This document shows positions 40,657 through 49,413 of a stretch of 62,565 bases of DNA, piece after piece; position 1 is the stretch's first letter; every line of letters begins with the position of its first letter. This DNA is from Thermodesulfobacteriota bacterium (GTDB lineage: Bacteria > Desulfobacterota > Anaeroferrophillalia > Anaeroferrophillales > Tharpellaceae). Location of the stretch: contig JANTGZ010000003.1 of NCBI GenBank assembly GCA_024762675.1, positions 1-62,565 of the forward strand, given 5' to 3'. The notes under the pieces were generated by a model. That model was not told the DNA's origin and ran no database searches. It was given only the letters and a program-made list of their open reading frames with translations. Position numbers and translations under genes: made by a program.

Positions 40657-40777
40657 AAAACAACACCCCCAACCGCTTCATAGAAAAATACTTTTTCCAT
40701 TCTTCGAGAAATATGCTAAGCAGGTTTCCCGTTTAAACAAGAACAACTAACATCAGAGCTTCTGGAGAACCTAAACA

Positions 40778-41110
40778 GTGGAGATAAAAGAGTTGAAAAG
40801 TGAGGGTGAAGCCCTGGTCGCAACCCTCTCAGGTCGTATGGACGCGATGACAGGCGGTGAGTTTACGGATCAGATGGGTATCTGGATAGAGGCCGGCCTG
40901 GAAAACTTCATAATTGACTGCAGCAAACTTGACTATATCAGCAGCGCCGGATTACGAGCCATCCTGATGGCTGCAAAAAGAATCAAAAGCCTGAATGGTT
41001 CTCTGCAACTTGCAGCCTTACAGGAGAGTGTAAACAACGTCTTCAGTATCTCCGGTTTTGACAAAATTATCCCGATTAAAGAAACCCTGGAAGATGCCCT
41101 CAACCAATAG
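40778..41110 (+). CDS. STAS-domain anti-sigma factor antagonist (RsbV/SpoIIAA-like)
   Basis: LSGRMDA, IDCSKLDYISSAGLR (phospho-Ser motif), VFSISGF. Confidence 0.93.
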   Translation: MEIKELKSEGEALVATLSGRMDAMTGGEFTDQMGIWIEAGLENFIIDCSKLDYISSAGLRAILMAAKRIKSLNGSLQLAALQESVNNVFSISGFDKIIPIKETLEDALNQ

Positions 41111-41537
41111 CGAACAGATTGCGAACGATTATCTTGAGCTGGCGGCCACGCTGAAAAACCTACCTCTTTTCATGGCCTTCGTCACCGATCGCGCCCGACA
41201 ATCTGGGTTCAGCTCGAAACGGATAGCGGAGGTCGAACTGGTTATCGAAGAGGCTCTAGTCAATATCATTGACTACGCCTATCCCGACCGGGAGGGCTGG
41301 CTGAGACTGAACTTAAAGACCGGAGCGGAGGGCGGACTCAAGCTTGAGATCAAGGACCGGGGGGTCGCTTTTAATCCTTTAGAGATTGAAGATCCCGACC
41401 TTAGAGCCGAACTCATGGAGCGACCGGTCGGCGGCCTCGGGGTTTTCCTGATTAAGAAGTTTAGCGACAATCTCTTCTGGAAACAACAGGGTGACGAAAA
41501 CTGCCTGACAATCATTTTTAAAAAACGCCATGCCTAG
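41094..41537 (+). CDS. RsbW/SpoIIAB-like anti-sigma Ser kinase (HATPase_c_2)
   Basis: ELVIEEALVNIIDYAY, IKDRGVAFNP, RPVGGLGVFLI. Confidence 0.92.
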   Translation: MPSTNSEQIANDYLELAATLKNLPLFMAFVTDRARQSGFSSKRIAEVELVIEEALVNIIDYAYPDREGWLRLNLKTGAEGGLKLEIKDRGVAFNPLEIEDPDLRAELMERPVGGLGVFLIKKFSDNLFWKQQGDENCLTIIFKKRHA

Positions 41538-42084
41538 AAACAGACCTCTAACAAGAATTTTATTCTTTATCGGCCTGTTCTCCCTGTTGCTAGGCTCGGG
41601 CCACTTTAAAGCCGAGGCCGCCCCTTTACAAAAAGTAACTTTTATTCCTCTCTGGCTTCCCCAGGCCCAATTTGCCGGCTATTACGTTGCCCAAGAGAGC
41701 GGTATCTACAAAGAACACGGCCTCAACTATCCCGAAGATGGCATCTATGCCTTAAAAGAGACTTGGTTACAAAAACCGGATCTCTGCCAGGCTTTTGTTA
41801 AAGCCTCACTGAAAGGCTGGCAACGGGCCTTTGCTGAACCTGAACTAGCTCTCGACATCACCATGCGCAACCTTAAAAGAGAGCATATTATCTCCAACCG
41901 CATTCATCAAAAGTGGATGCTTGAGCGCATGCGCGACATCATCCAGCCAGCGGCTGAAAAAAACCGTATCGGGCAGTTAAAAGAGGATGATTTTCAGCGC
42001 CTGGTAACTGGTTTAAAGAGACAGAGTCTCATCGAAAAAATTCCCAACTTTAACGATTTCTATCAACCTGTGGCGGGAGAGTAA
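41530..42084 (+). pseudogene. NMT1/THI5-like periplasmic binding protein with a large in-frame internal deletion
   Basis: Signal peptide and W.PQAQFAGYYVA..GIY..HGL are fused directly to the C-terminal segment NYPEDGIY...AFVKASLKGW..A. Only 184 aa, against roughly 300 or more for the family. Confidence 0.7.
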
Positions 42085-42085
42085 G

Positions 42086-44035
42086 ATGATTTTTTTACGC
42101 CACCAGGGAATTGCCTTCAAATTGAGCCTTTGGGTCTTAAGCGGGGTGACTCTGGTCATCGCCGCCATTTTGACCTTAAACTACCATAGCACCCGACGTT
42201 TGATGGTCGAAAAGATCGAAGATAACGCCTTGAATCTGGCCCAGTCGACGGCCAATCGGATCAACACCCTTTTAAAAGCAGCAGAAAAGATCCCCGCCGG
42301 AGTCGCCCTGACTATTGCCGAACTCGAACCCGACGATACCGAACTTAAGAGCCTGCTGGCAAACCTACTTGAGCAGAACCCGGAACTCTTCGGGATCGCG
42401 GCCGCCTTCGCCCCCAAACCTGATAGCGCTGCCAATAACCTTAAGCTCTACTCCCGCTACTTCATCCGCTCTTATGACCGCATCAAAGAGAGCCCAATCA
42501 ACTACGATTACCGCTCTCACGACTGGTACCAGATCCCCAAAGTACTCGATCAACCAATCTGGAGCGAACCCTACTTCGGCGAGAGCGGCGGCATCGTCAT
42601 GGCCAGCTATTCGCACCCTTTTTACCGGGAAAAAGAGGGGAGTAAAAAGTTTGCCGGTATCGTCTGTGTCGATCTAAGCCTGAACTGGCTGCGCAATGTC
42701 GTCTCCTCTCTGAAAATCGGCGACACCGGCTACGCCTTTCTCATTACCCGCAACGGTACTTTTGTTACCCACCCCAATCTCGATCTGATCATGAATGAGA
42801 CTATCTTCAGTATCGCCGAAGCCCGCAACAATCCCGAAATCCGTAAGATCGGTCGCCATATGATCGCCGGTGAAAAAGGTTTTACCGCTTTTACCGGCCT
42901 GACCAACAACCAAAAATACTGGATGGTCTACACCCCACTACCGGCAAATGGCTGGTCACTAGGCGTGCTTTTCCCTCAAAACGAGCTGATGGCCGACATC
43001 CATGACTTAACTAAGATCATGCTCGGCTTAGGCCTTGGCGGTTTTTTCCTGATTATGCTGGTCATCCTGCTGATCTCAGGTAAGATCACCAAACCTCTGC
43101 GGGCTCTGGCCGAAAGTGCTGATGAGATCGCTACAGGAGACCTGGAAGGCGCAATTCCAATACTCAAAAGTGAAGATGAAGTCGGCCGCCTGGCTCTCTC
43201 ATTTGCCGGAATGCAGCAATCTCTCAAAGAGTACATCAAAAATCTGACCGAAACCACGGCCGTCAAAGAGCGCATTGAAAGTGAGTTAAATATCGCCAGA
43301 GATATCCAGATGGGCATCCTTCCCAAAATATTCCCAGCCTTTCCGTATTTGCCTGAATTCGACCTCTACGCTACCATAAAACCGGCCCGCGAGGTCGGTG
43401 GCGACCTCTACGACTTCTTTATGATCGACGATCAACATCTCTGCTTTACGGTCGGCGACGTCTCCGGCAAAGGGGTGCCGGCGGCCCTCTTCATGGCGAT
43501 CACACAAACCTTGATCAAAACTCAAGTTAAAGCCCAGCCCAAACGCTCCTCCACCGCCACACTGCATCAGGTCAATAACGATCTCGCCCGAGACAACCCG
43601 TCAATGATGTTTGTCACCCTCTTTATAGGGATTTTCAATATCGTCACCGGTGAGTTGGAGTACTGTAACGGCGGCCACAACCCGCCTTACCGACTCTCAC
43701 CCCATAAAACCGACCCGGTACAAGTGCTGCCGACAACCGACGGCATCGCCTTAGGGGTTATGGAGGATTTTACTTTTACCGCCAAACGCATAACCCTGAC
43801 CCCAGGCGAAGCCCTTTTTGTCTTTACCGACGGCGTTACCGAAGCCATGAACAAGCGCGATGAGCTCTTCACCGAAGAGCGCCTCGAAAAAATTCTGGCC
43901 CCTTTAACAAAACAACCGGTACAAGAGATCACTGATCAGTTAATACAGGAGATCGAAATCTTTGCCGACGGCGCCCCCCAAGCCGATGACATCACCATGC
44001 TGGTGCTGCGCTATTCAGGTAAGGAGGCGAAGTAA
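42086..44035 (+). CDS. Membrane Cache-HAMP-PP2C (SpoIIE/RsbU-type) phosphatase
   Basis: Two TM segments around a dCache region (WYQIPK..., WSEPY), HAMP, EVGGDLYD, VGDVSGKGVPAA, FTDGVTEA, DDITML. Confidence 0.93.
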   Translation: MIFLRHQGIAFKLSLWVLSGVTLVIAAILTLNYHSTRRLMVEKIEDNALNLAQSTANRINTLLKAAEKIPAGVALTIAELEPDDTELKSLLANLLEQNPELFGIAAAFAPKPDSAANNLKLYSRYFIRSYDRIKESPINYDYRSHDWYQIPKVLDQPIWSEPYFGESGGIVMASYSHPFYREKEGSKKFAGIVCVDLSLNWLRNVVSSLKIGDTGYAFLITRNGTFVTHPNLDLIMNETIFSIAEARNNPEIRKIGRHMIAGEKGFTAFTGLTNNQKYWMVYTPLPANGWSLGVLFPQNELMADIHDLTKIMLGLGLGGFFLIMLVILLISGKITKPLRALAESADEIATGDLEGAIPILKSEDEVGRLALSFAGMQQSLKEYIKNLTETTAVKERIESELNIARDIQMGILPKIFPAFPYLPEFDLYATIKPAREVGGDLYDFFMIDDQHLCFTVGDVSGKGVPAALFMAITQTLIKTQVKAQPKRSSTATLHQVNNDLARDNPSMMFVTLFIGIFNIVTGELEYCNGGHNPPYRLSPHKTDPVQVLPTTDGIALGVMEDFTFTAKRITLTPGEALFVFTDGVTEAMNKRDELFTEERLEKILAPLTKQPVQEITDQLIQEIEIFADGAPQADDITMLVLRYSGKEAK

Positions 44036-44061
44036 AAATGGTTTCTAAGTAAACCTAAATC

Positions 44062-44099
44062 CCTTTGCGCCCCTGCACCTTGGCGCCTTTGCGTTTAAA
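44062..44099. repeat. 8-bp tandem repeat, half of a REP-like element
   Basis: CCTTTGCG CCCCTGCA CCTTGGCG CCTTTGCG TTTAAA. Confidence 0.5.
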
Positions 44100-44112
44100 T
44101 AAGGATACCGAG

Positions 44113-45459
44113 ATGAACCTTCAACAACGACGAAATGCAAAACTCACCATAAGAGATGACCTGAACTTTCTCTCCACGGTTCAGGATTTTATCGAAAATA
44201 CGGCACTCACATTCGGCCTCGGCCAGAACGAGGCCCTGGCCCTGACTCTGGCCGGCGAGGAGATCTTCAACTACCTCTGCACAAGCGTCAAACCCATGGC
44301 TGAGATTGAAATCAGCTGTTATGAGGGTGGCTACTATGCGGCTCTCAACTTCAATCTGCCAATTCAAAATTTTGCCCTGCGGGCTTTCAATCTGACCGCA
44401 ACTATCAACATAGACGACGACAAAAGTCTTGACGAAATGGGCTTGGTCATCGCCTCCCGCATGGTCGATCACCTACAGATAAGCCAAAGCGACAGCGGCC
44501 GACTACAACTCTCTCTGCGCAAAGAAAAAAAATATCCGAAAGCGGCTGAAAACAACCGGACAGCTAGCACTCCACTGACGGAAGAATTCTCAATCGTCAC
44601 GCCCGATGCTGAGGAACTGAAATTTTTCATCAGCGAAAGTCGCCACTGCACAGCACCGGATCTTCTACCTCAGGAGTTTTGTTATCCCGGCAAAATTGTC
44701 GACATGGTCAACGCCGGCGACTACCGAGCCGCAATCGTTCGTGATGCCGGCGGCCGTATCGGCGGCGGCATCATCTGGTTCTGGAGTTCAAGTAAAATGG
44801 TGGAGTGCAACGGTCCCTACATTCTGGCCGAGGATGCAAGCCCTGCGATTTCTCAGAATCTTCGCCAAAGCATGGCTGAAGCCCTGCTTGAACATTGTCT
44901 TAATGCAATTGCCAAGAGTTCGGCAGTCGGCCTCCTCAATCGTTCACCGGGATCAGATCTGCCACGGCACCATTTTGAATCTCTGGGCAGCGCTTTGGAG
45001 TTTCACAACACCACCGCACCCACCGAGATAGAAGCTCTTTTTCGCCAAATGCAGGAAGACCCCGGGGCTATCGCCTGGGCCCATCCCGATCTCGAACCCT
45101 TTTTACGCCGTGAATACCAACGCCTCACCCTGCCCCGCGAGATTCGTTTAATCAGTGACAGTGGCGAAAGCCCGGCTGATTTTTCGGTTCTCGCCAGCGA
45201 ATTTGACCGTTCCCGTCAAAAGGTAACGCTACAACCTCTATGGGCTGGTAACGATATGGAAAAGAGTATCGCTGATCACTTAGCCCTCTTTGCCAATGAA
45301 GAACTCAACAACATCTTCTTTGTCGTGGATCTCGGTAAAAGCTGGCAGGCCGCCTCCTTTCCAGGCCTCTCTAAAAACGGTTTCACTCCGCGCCTGCTAT
45401 TGCCCTATGGCGGTAAAGGTGATCTTTTACTCCTGCAGAAGATCGGGGCTTCATCATGA
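44113..45459 (+). CDS. Uncharacterised protein: degenerate RsbW-like N-terminus plus putative GNAT-like C-terminal region
   Basis: N-terminus L.TVQDFIE..A..FGL....LTLAGEEIF..., EMGLVIASRMVD resembles HATPase_c_2 without the N/G boxes. The C-terminal GNAT-like call is tentative. Confidence 0.5.
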   Translation: MNLQQRRNAKLTIRDDLNFLSTVQDFIENTALTFGLGQNEALALTLAGEEIFNYLCTSVKPMAEIEISCYEGGYYAALNFNLPIQNFALRAFNLTATINIDDDKSLDEMGLVIASRMVDHLQISQSDSGRLQLSLRKEKKYPKAAENNRTASTPLTEEFSIVTPDAEELKFFISESRHCTAPDLLPQEFCYPGKIVDMVNAGDYRAAIVRDAGGRIGGGIIWFWSSSKMVECNGPYILAEDASPAISQNLRQSMAEALLEHCLNAIAKSSAVGLLNRSPGSDLPRHHFESLGSALEFHNTTAPTEIEALFRQMQEDPGAIAWAHPDLEPFLRREYQRLTLPREIRLISDSGESPADFSVLASEFDRSRQKVTLQPLWAGNDMEKSIADHLALFANEELNNIFFVVDLGKSWQAASFPGLSKNGFTPRLLLPYGGKGDLLLLQKIGASS

Positions 45460-46580
45460 ACCCGATCGCCGCCCCTTTAGAAGATCTGGTTCCGGAATAT
45501 ATCAGGCACTTTGAAGCCTATATACCGAGTAAACCCGATGACGAGTTAAAAAAACTCTACGGCTGCGACCCACTCTATCGCCTCAACAACAACGAAAACC
45601 CGCTCGGTCCACCTGCTGCCGCCCGACCTATAATTGAACATTTTGCTGCGCCCGGGGCCGCAATCTACCCCAGCGGTGACGCTTACCATCTGCGCCGGGC
45701 CCTGGGTGAAAAATTCTCTATGAATCCCGATCAGTTTCTGGTCGGCAACGGCGCCAACGAAGTAATCGCCTTCGTCATCAAAGCTTTCTGCCAGGAGGGT
45801 GACAATATCGTTACCGCCGACAAGACCTTTGCCGTCTATGAATGGATCGCTGAATTTTCCGGTTTCAGCGCCCACCTGACCCCACTGCTCGATTTTGGTT
45901 TCGATGCCGAAGCCATGCTAAATGCAATCGACAAACGCACCAAGATCCTCTTTATCTGCAACCCCAATAATCCGACCGGCACCTATTGGAACCGGGAACA
46001 ACTGATCAACTTTATGGATCGGGTCAACGGTCGCCAAATCGTCGTCATTGACGAAGCTTATTGCGAATTCGTCGAACAGGAGGATTTTCCCGATGCGATG
46101 GAACTAATACGCCAATATCCCAATCTGGTCGTCTTTCGTACCTTCTCAAAGATGTACGCGTTAGCCGGACTGCGCATCGGATATCTGGCCGGTTCTCTGG
46201 AAGTAGTCGACATCATCCGCCGCACCTGCGTCGTCTACTCCGTCAACACCCTGGCCCAGAGAGCGGCGCTCAAAGCTTTAAATGATGATCAACACATCAT
46301 TGACACCCGCAACCACATCAGAAAAGAGAAAGCCCGGCTTCTGCCCTTACTCAAAAAATTGGGCCTGAAATACCAATCCGGTGAAGGCTGTTTCGTCATG
46401 ATCCACCTGCCGATGAGTGACACTCTGGCCTATCGCAAGCTGATGGCCAGAGGTGTCATGATCCGCAGCATGACCGGTTTTCGTTTCCCCAACTGGATCC
46501 GAGTCAGCATCGGATCCAGTCAAGCGATGACGGCTTTTGTTAAAGCCTTAACGGAACTGATCGAACAAACATCACAATAA
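45456..46580 (+). CDS. HisC/CobD-like fold-type-I PLP enzyme (aminotransferase or decarboxylase)
   Basis: LNNNENPLGP, GNGANE, NPNNPTG, DEAY, RTFSK.Y.LAGLRIGY. ATGA overlap with the previous gene. Confidence 0.88.
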   Translation: MNPIAAPLEDLVPEYIRHFEAYIPSKPDDELKKLYGCDPLYRLNNNENPLGPPAAARPIIEHFAAPGAAIYPSGDAYHLRRALGEKFSMNPDQFLVGNGANEVIAFVIKAFCQEGDNIVTADKTFAVYEWIAEFSGFSAHLTPLLDFGFDAEAMLNAIDKRTKILFICNPNNPTGTYWNREQLINFMDRVNGRQIVVIDEAYCEFVEQEDFPDAMELIRQYPNLVVFRTFSKMYALAGLRIGYLAGSLEVVDIIRRTCVVYSVNTLAQRAALKALNDDQHIIDTRNHIRKEKARLLPLLKKLGLKYQSGEGCFVMIHLPMSDTLAYRKLMARGVMIRSMTGFRFPNWIRVSIGSSQAMTAFVKALTELIEQTSQ

Positions 46581-46662
46581 TATTATGCCAAAAATCTCTT
46601 GTAAATCATTGTGGTTAACTATAGGCTTAGAGCTTGTCTTTCTTTCGGAAACGGTTGTGAGC

Positions 46663-46907
46663 AGGCCGAGTTCCTCATAATTCTGCCGGAAACCGATGTT
46701 GATGGAACTAGCAACCTGGCTGAAAAACTGCGGCTAAAACTAGAGAACTCTACCCTCGAACACAAATCCGGAACGCTCGGCATTACCATGTCAATCGGGG
46801 TCAGCCAATATCTCCCGAATGTGGATATTGATAACTCTATTAAAGCGGCCGATGATGCACTCTATCGGGCTAAGAAAGCTGGGAGAAACAGAGTAGCCTG
46901 TGCGTAA
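46663..46907 (+). pseudogene. C-terminal fragment of a GGDEF diguanylate cyclase
   Basis: Starts at EFLIILPET, cut inside the GG(D/E)EF motif; TMSIGVS, ADDALYRAKKAGRNRV. Confidence 0.85.
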
Positions 46908-46967
46908 ACCGGGCTTAAAGATTTTTTTATTGTGGCCCCAATGATTTCAAGAAAAAGTTTAATTTAA

Positions 46968-48350
46968 ATGACAGACAGCCGCATAAACATGGGTGAAGGG
47001 AGGGTCTTTACTGTCCTTTTGCGCCTCGGTGCGCCGGCCATGGTCTCGATGTTTTTTTCGACCCTCTATGCCCTGGTCGATACAATTTTCGTCGCCAAAC
47101 TCGGAACCATTCCCTTGGCAGCCATGTCTTTGGCCGTGCCGTTATTCTTTGTCGCCATGTCTCTAAGCAAAGGTGTGGCGGTCGGGACTCTGACAACAAT
47201 GAGTCACGCCCGAGGCCACGGGGATCACGAACAGGCCCAAAAAATCGCCAAGGCGGCTTACCCGCTTACCTTTCTCTTAATCAGCGTTTTATTATTACTG
47301 ACTTTCCGAACCTTCAACCAACCACTTTTTGCCCTCTTTGATAAAGATCCAAAACTTCTAAGCGAAGCCGCCGTCTATACCCGCTGGCTGGCCTTTAGTT
47401 TCCCTTTCATCGGTTTTGCGATGCTCTGCGAAGCCATCTTTTTCAGCTATGGCGACACCAAAACCCCGATGCTGGCGATGATCGCCGGCAATCTTCTCAA
47501 TATGGTTCTTGATCCGCTCCTGATTTTCAGCTGTGGACTGGGAGTGGAAGGAGCTTCACTGGCCTCACTGCTAGGCTGGGCTTTGTCGGGCGCTATTATG
47601 TGGCGCGCTCTCACGAATAAGGGCTTCGACTGTCCCGGTCTGAAATTTTCTCGTAAGCATTTTAAAACCTGGTCCCAAATCGCTATATTGGGAGCCCCGG
47701 TCACCTTATCGATGCTGATTATCCCGATTTCAACTGCGGCTCTCAATTACCTCCTTGCGGATTTTGGTCCAGCCTATGTCGGGGCCTGGAATTTGAGTTA
47801 CAGAATCGAGCAAATGGTGGTTTTGCCACTATATGGTCTCTCCGGTGCCTTGATCACATTTACCGGATTCAATCTCGGCTTTCAACGTTTAGACCGTATC
47901 ATCGACGGATGTAAAGCAGCGCTGCTCGGCTGTTACATCCTCGTCATTCCAACCATCATTATTTTCTGGTTTCAAGCCGATGAACTGATTGAGATTTTCA
48001 AACCCTCCCCGGAGGTGTTGGAGCATGCCATCTTCGCGCTCAAAATCGCCGGTCTCGGCTATCTCTTTGCTCCTTTTGAACTGATCATGACAAGTCTGTC
48101 ACAAGGAATCAAACAACCGAAATACTCGCTCCTGATCAATTGTCTACGCCTATTGGTTCTAAGGGTTCCATTGGCTCTGTTTTTTTCAAAAATTTGGGAC
48201 GGCCACGGAATCTACATAAGCCATCCCGTCTCTTTAACCATCTCCGGTTTGGTCAGCTTCATAATCTTGCGCCATCTTTTAAGGCAATGGCCTGAAAAAG
48301 AGGAAATACTAGACAAAAAGCCACAATCAGAACTTATTCAGGAAGTATAA
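46968..48350 (+). CDS. MATE-family efflux transporter
   Basis: LYALVDTIFVAKLG, GDTKTPM, NMVLDPLLIF...GVEGASLA. Confidence 0.92.
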   Translation: MTDSRINMGEGRVFTVLLRLGAPAMVSMFFSTLYALVDTIFVAKLGTIPLAAMSLAVPLFFVAMSLSKGVAVGTLTTMSHARGHGDHEQAQKIAKAAYPLTFLLISVLLLLTFRTFNQPLFALFDKDPKLLSEAAVYTRWLAFSFPFIGFAMLCEAIFFSYGDTKTPMLAMIAGNLLNMVLDPLLIFSCGLGVEGASLASLLGWALSGAIMWRALTNKGFDCPGLKFSRKHFKTWSQIAILGAPVTLSMLIIPISTAALNYLLADFGPAYVGAWNLSYRIEQMVVLPLYGLSGALITFTGFNLGFQRLDRIIDGCKAALLGCYILVIPTIIIFWFQADELIEIFKPSPEVLEHAIFALKIAGLGYLFAPFELIMTSLSQGIKQPKYSLLINCLRLLVLRVPLALFFSKIWDGHGIYISHPVSLTISGLVSFIILRHLLRQWPEKEEILDKKPQSELIQEV

Positions 48351-48360
48351 ATTAGCCATT

Positions 48361-49401
48361 ATGACTACAGGAGATAATCAACAAAAAAATGATCTCATTG
48401 AGCCGGAACAGGATTGGAAAATAGATCTTTTTAAACCCGAAGATGCCGAAGGTGTCGCTCTCCTGTTTCGCTCGGTCTACGGTGCCGGATATCCGATTAG
48501 GGCCTATGTCGAAGCCGATCTTCTTAGAGCTGAAAATGCTGCCGGCCGTATCATCTCCAGCGTCGCCAGAACCACGAATGGTGATATCGTCGGTCATAAC
48601 GCCCTTTATCAGAGTGCTCCTTACAAAAAGATCTATGAAGCCGGTGCCGGTCTTGTTCATAAAGAGTATCGCGGCGGACACGGTATTTTCAGCGAAATGG
48701 TCGCCCATAACATTGAGGTTGGAAAAACCCGTTTCGGGGTAGAACTGGTCTACGGCGAAGCTGTCTGCAACCATGTTTTCTCTCAAAGACTCGGTCATAA
48801 TCTTGGCTTGATAACCCAAGCAATCGAAATCGACCTGATGCCGGCGGCGGCTTACGACAAGGAGCAGAGCGCCCGGGGACGGGTTTCAACAACGCTTAAT
48901 TTCAAAACCCTGAAACCACATCCTCATACGGTTTTTCTGCCCCCGCTTTATGAACAACAGTTACGATTTATCTATGATTCAATGGATGATCAACGAAACC
49001 TCACCCTTGCCGATCAGGCCCTGCCTCTTAAAATAAAGACTCAACTTAAAACCGAGGTTTTCAGTTTTGCCGGGATCGCGAGAATCGCCGTCATCGTATC
49101 CGGCAGTGATCTCGTTGAAACCTTAAAAAATGAAGAACAACGCCTGCAAAAAGAGGGAGTTGAAATTCTTCAGGTCTGGCTCAAACTGGCTTCCCCCGAT
49201 GTCGGTGCTGCCATCGTCTGCTTAAAAGAGTCAGGTTATTTCCTGGGCGGCGTCCTGCCCCGCTGGTTCGATGAGGACGGTCTACTGATGCAGAAGATCA
49301 AAGGAGAACCCAACTGGGAGGGGATGCAGATTCATTTTGATAACGACCGCAAGCTCGTTGAGCTGGTTCGAGACGACTGGCAAAACTCTAAAAAAAATTA
49401 A
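48361..49401 (+). CDS. GNAT-like acyltransferase-fold protein (probably tandem GNAT)
   Basis: F.PEDAEGVA.LF..VYG, IVGH.AL, acyl-CoA-binding-like LVHKEYRGGHGI, C-terminal GYFLGGVLP. Confidence 0.65.
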   Translation: MTTGDNQQKNDLIEPEQDWKIDLFKPEDAEGVALLFRSVYGAGYPIRAYVEADLLRAENAAGRIISSVARTTNGDIVGHNALYQSAPYKKIYEAGAGLVHKEYRGGHGIFSEMVAHNIEVGKTRFGVELVYGEAVCNHVFSQRLGHNLGLITQAIEIDLMPAAAYDKEQSARGRVSTTLNFKTLKPHPHTVFLPPLYEQQLRFIYDSMDDQRNLTLADQALPLKIKTQLKTEVFSFAGIARIAVIVSGSDLVETLKNEEQRLQKEGVEILQVWLKLASPDVGAAIVCLKESGYFLGGVLPRWFDEDGLLMQKIKGEPNWEGMQIHFDNDRKLVELVRDDWQNSKKN

Positions 49402-49413
49402 CGGAAACTCAAC

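Noticed and set aside
45456-46580. Naming the PLP enzyme hisC or cobD
   Set aside because: No his or cob genes nearby, and the motifs do not distinguish aminotransferase from decarboxylase.
46625-46665. Possible IS scar at the GGDEF truncation
   Set aside because: The putative inverted ends match poorly and there is no target duplication.
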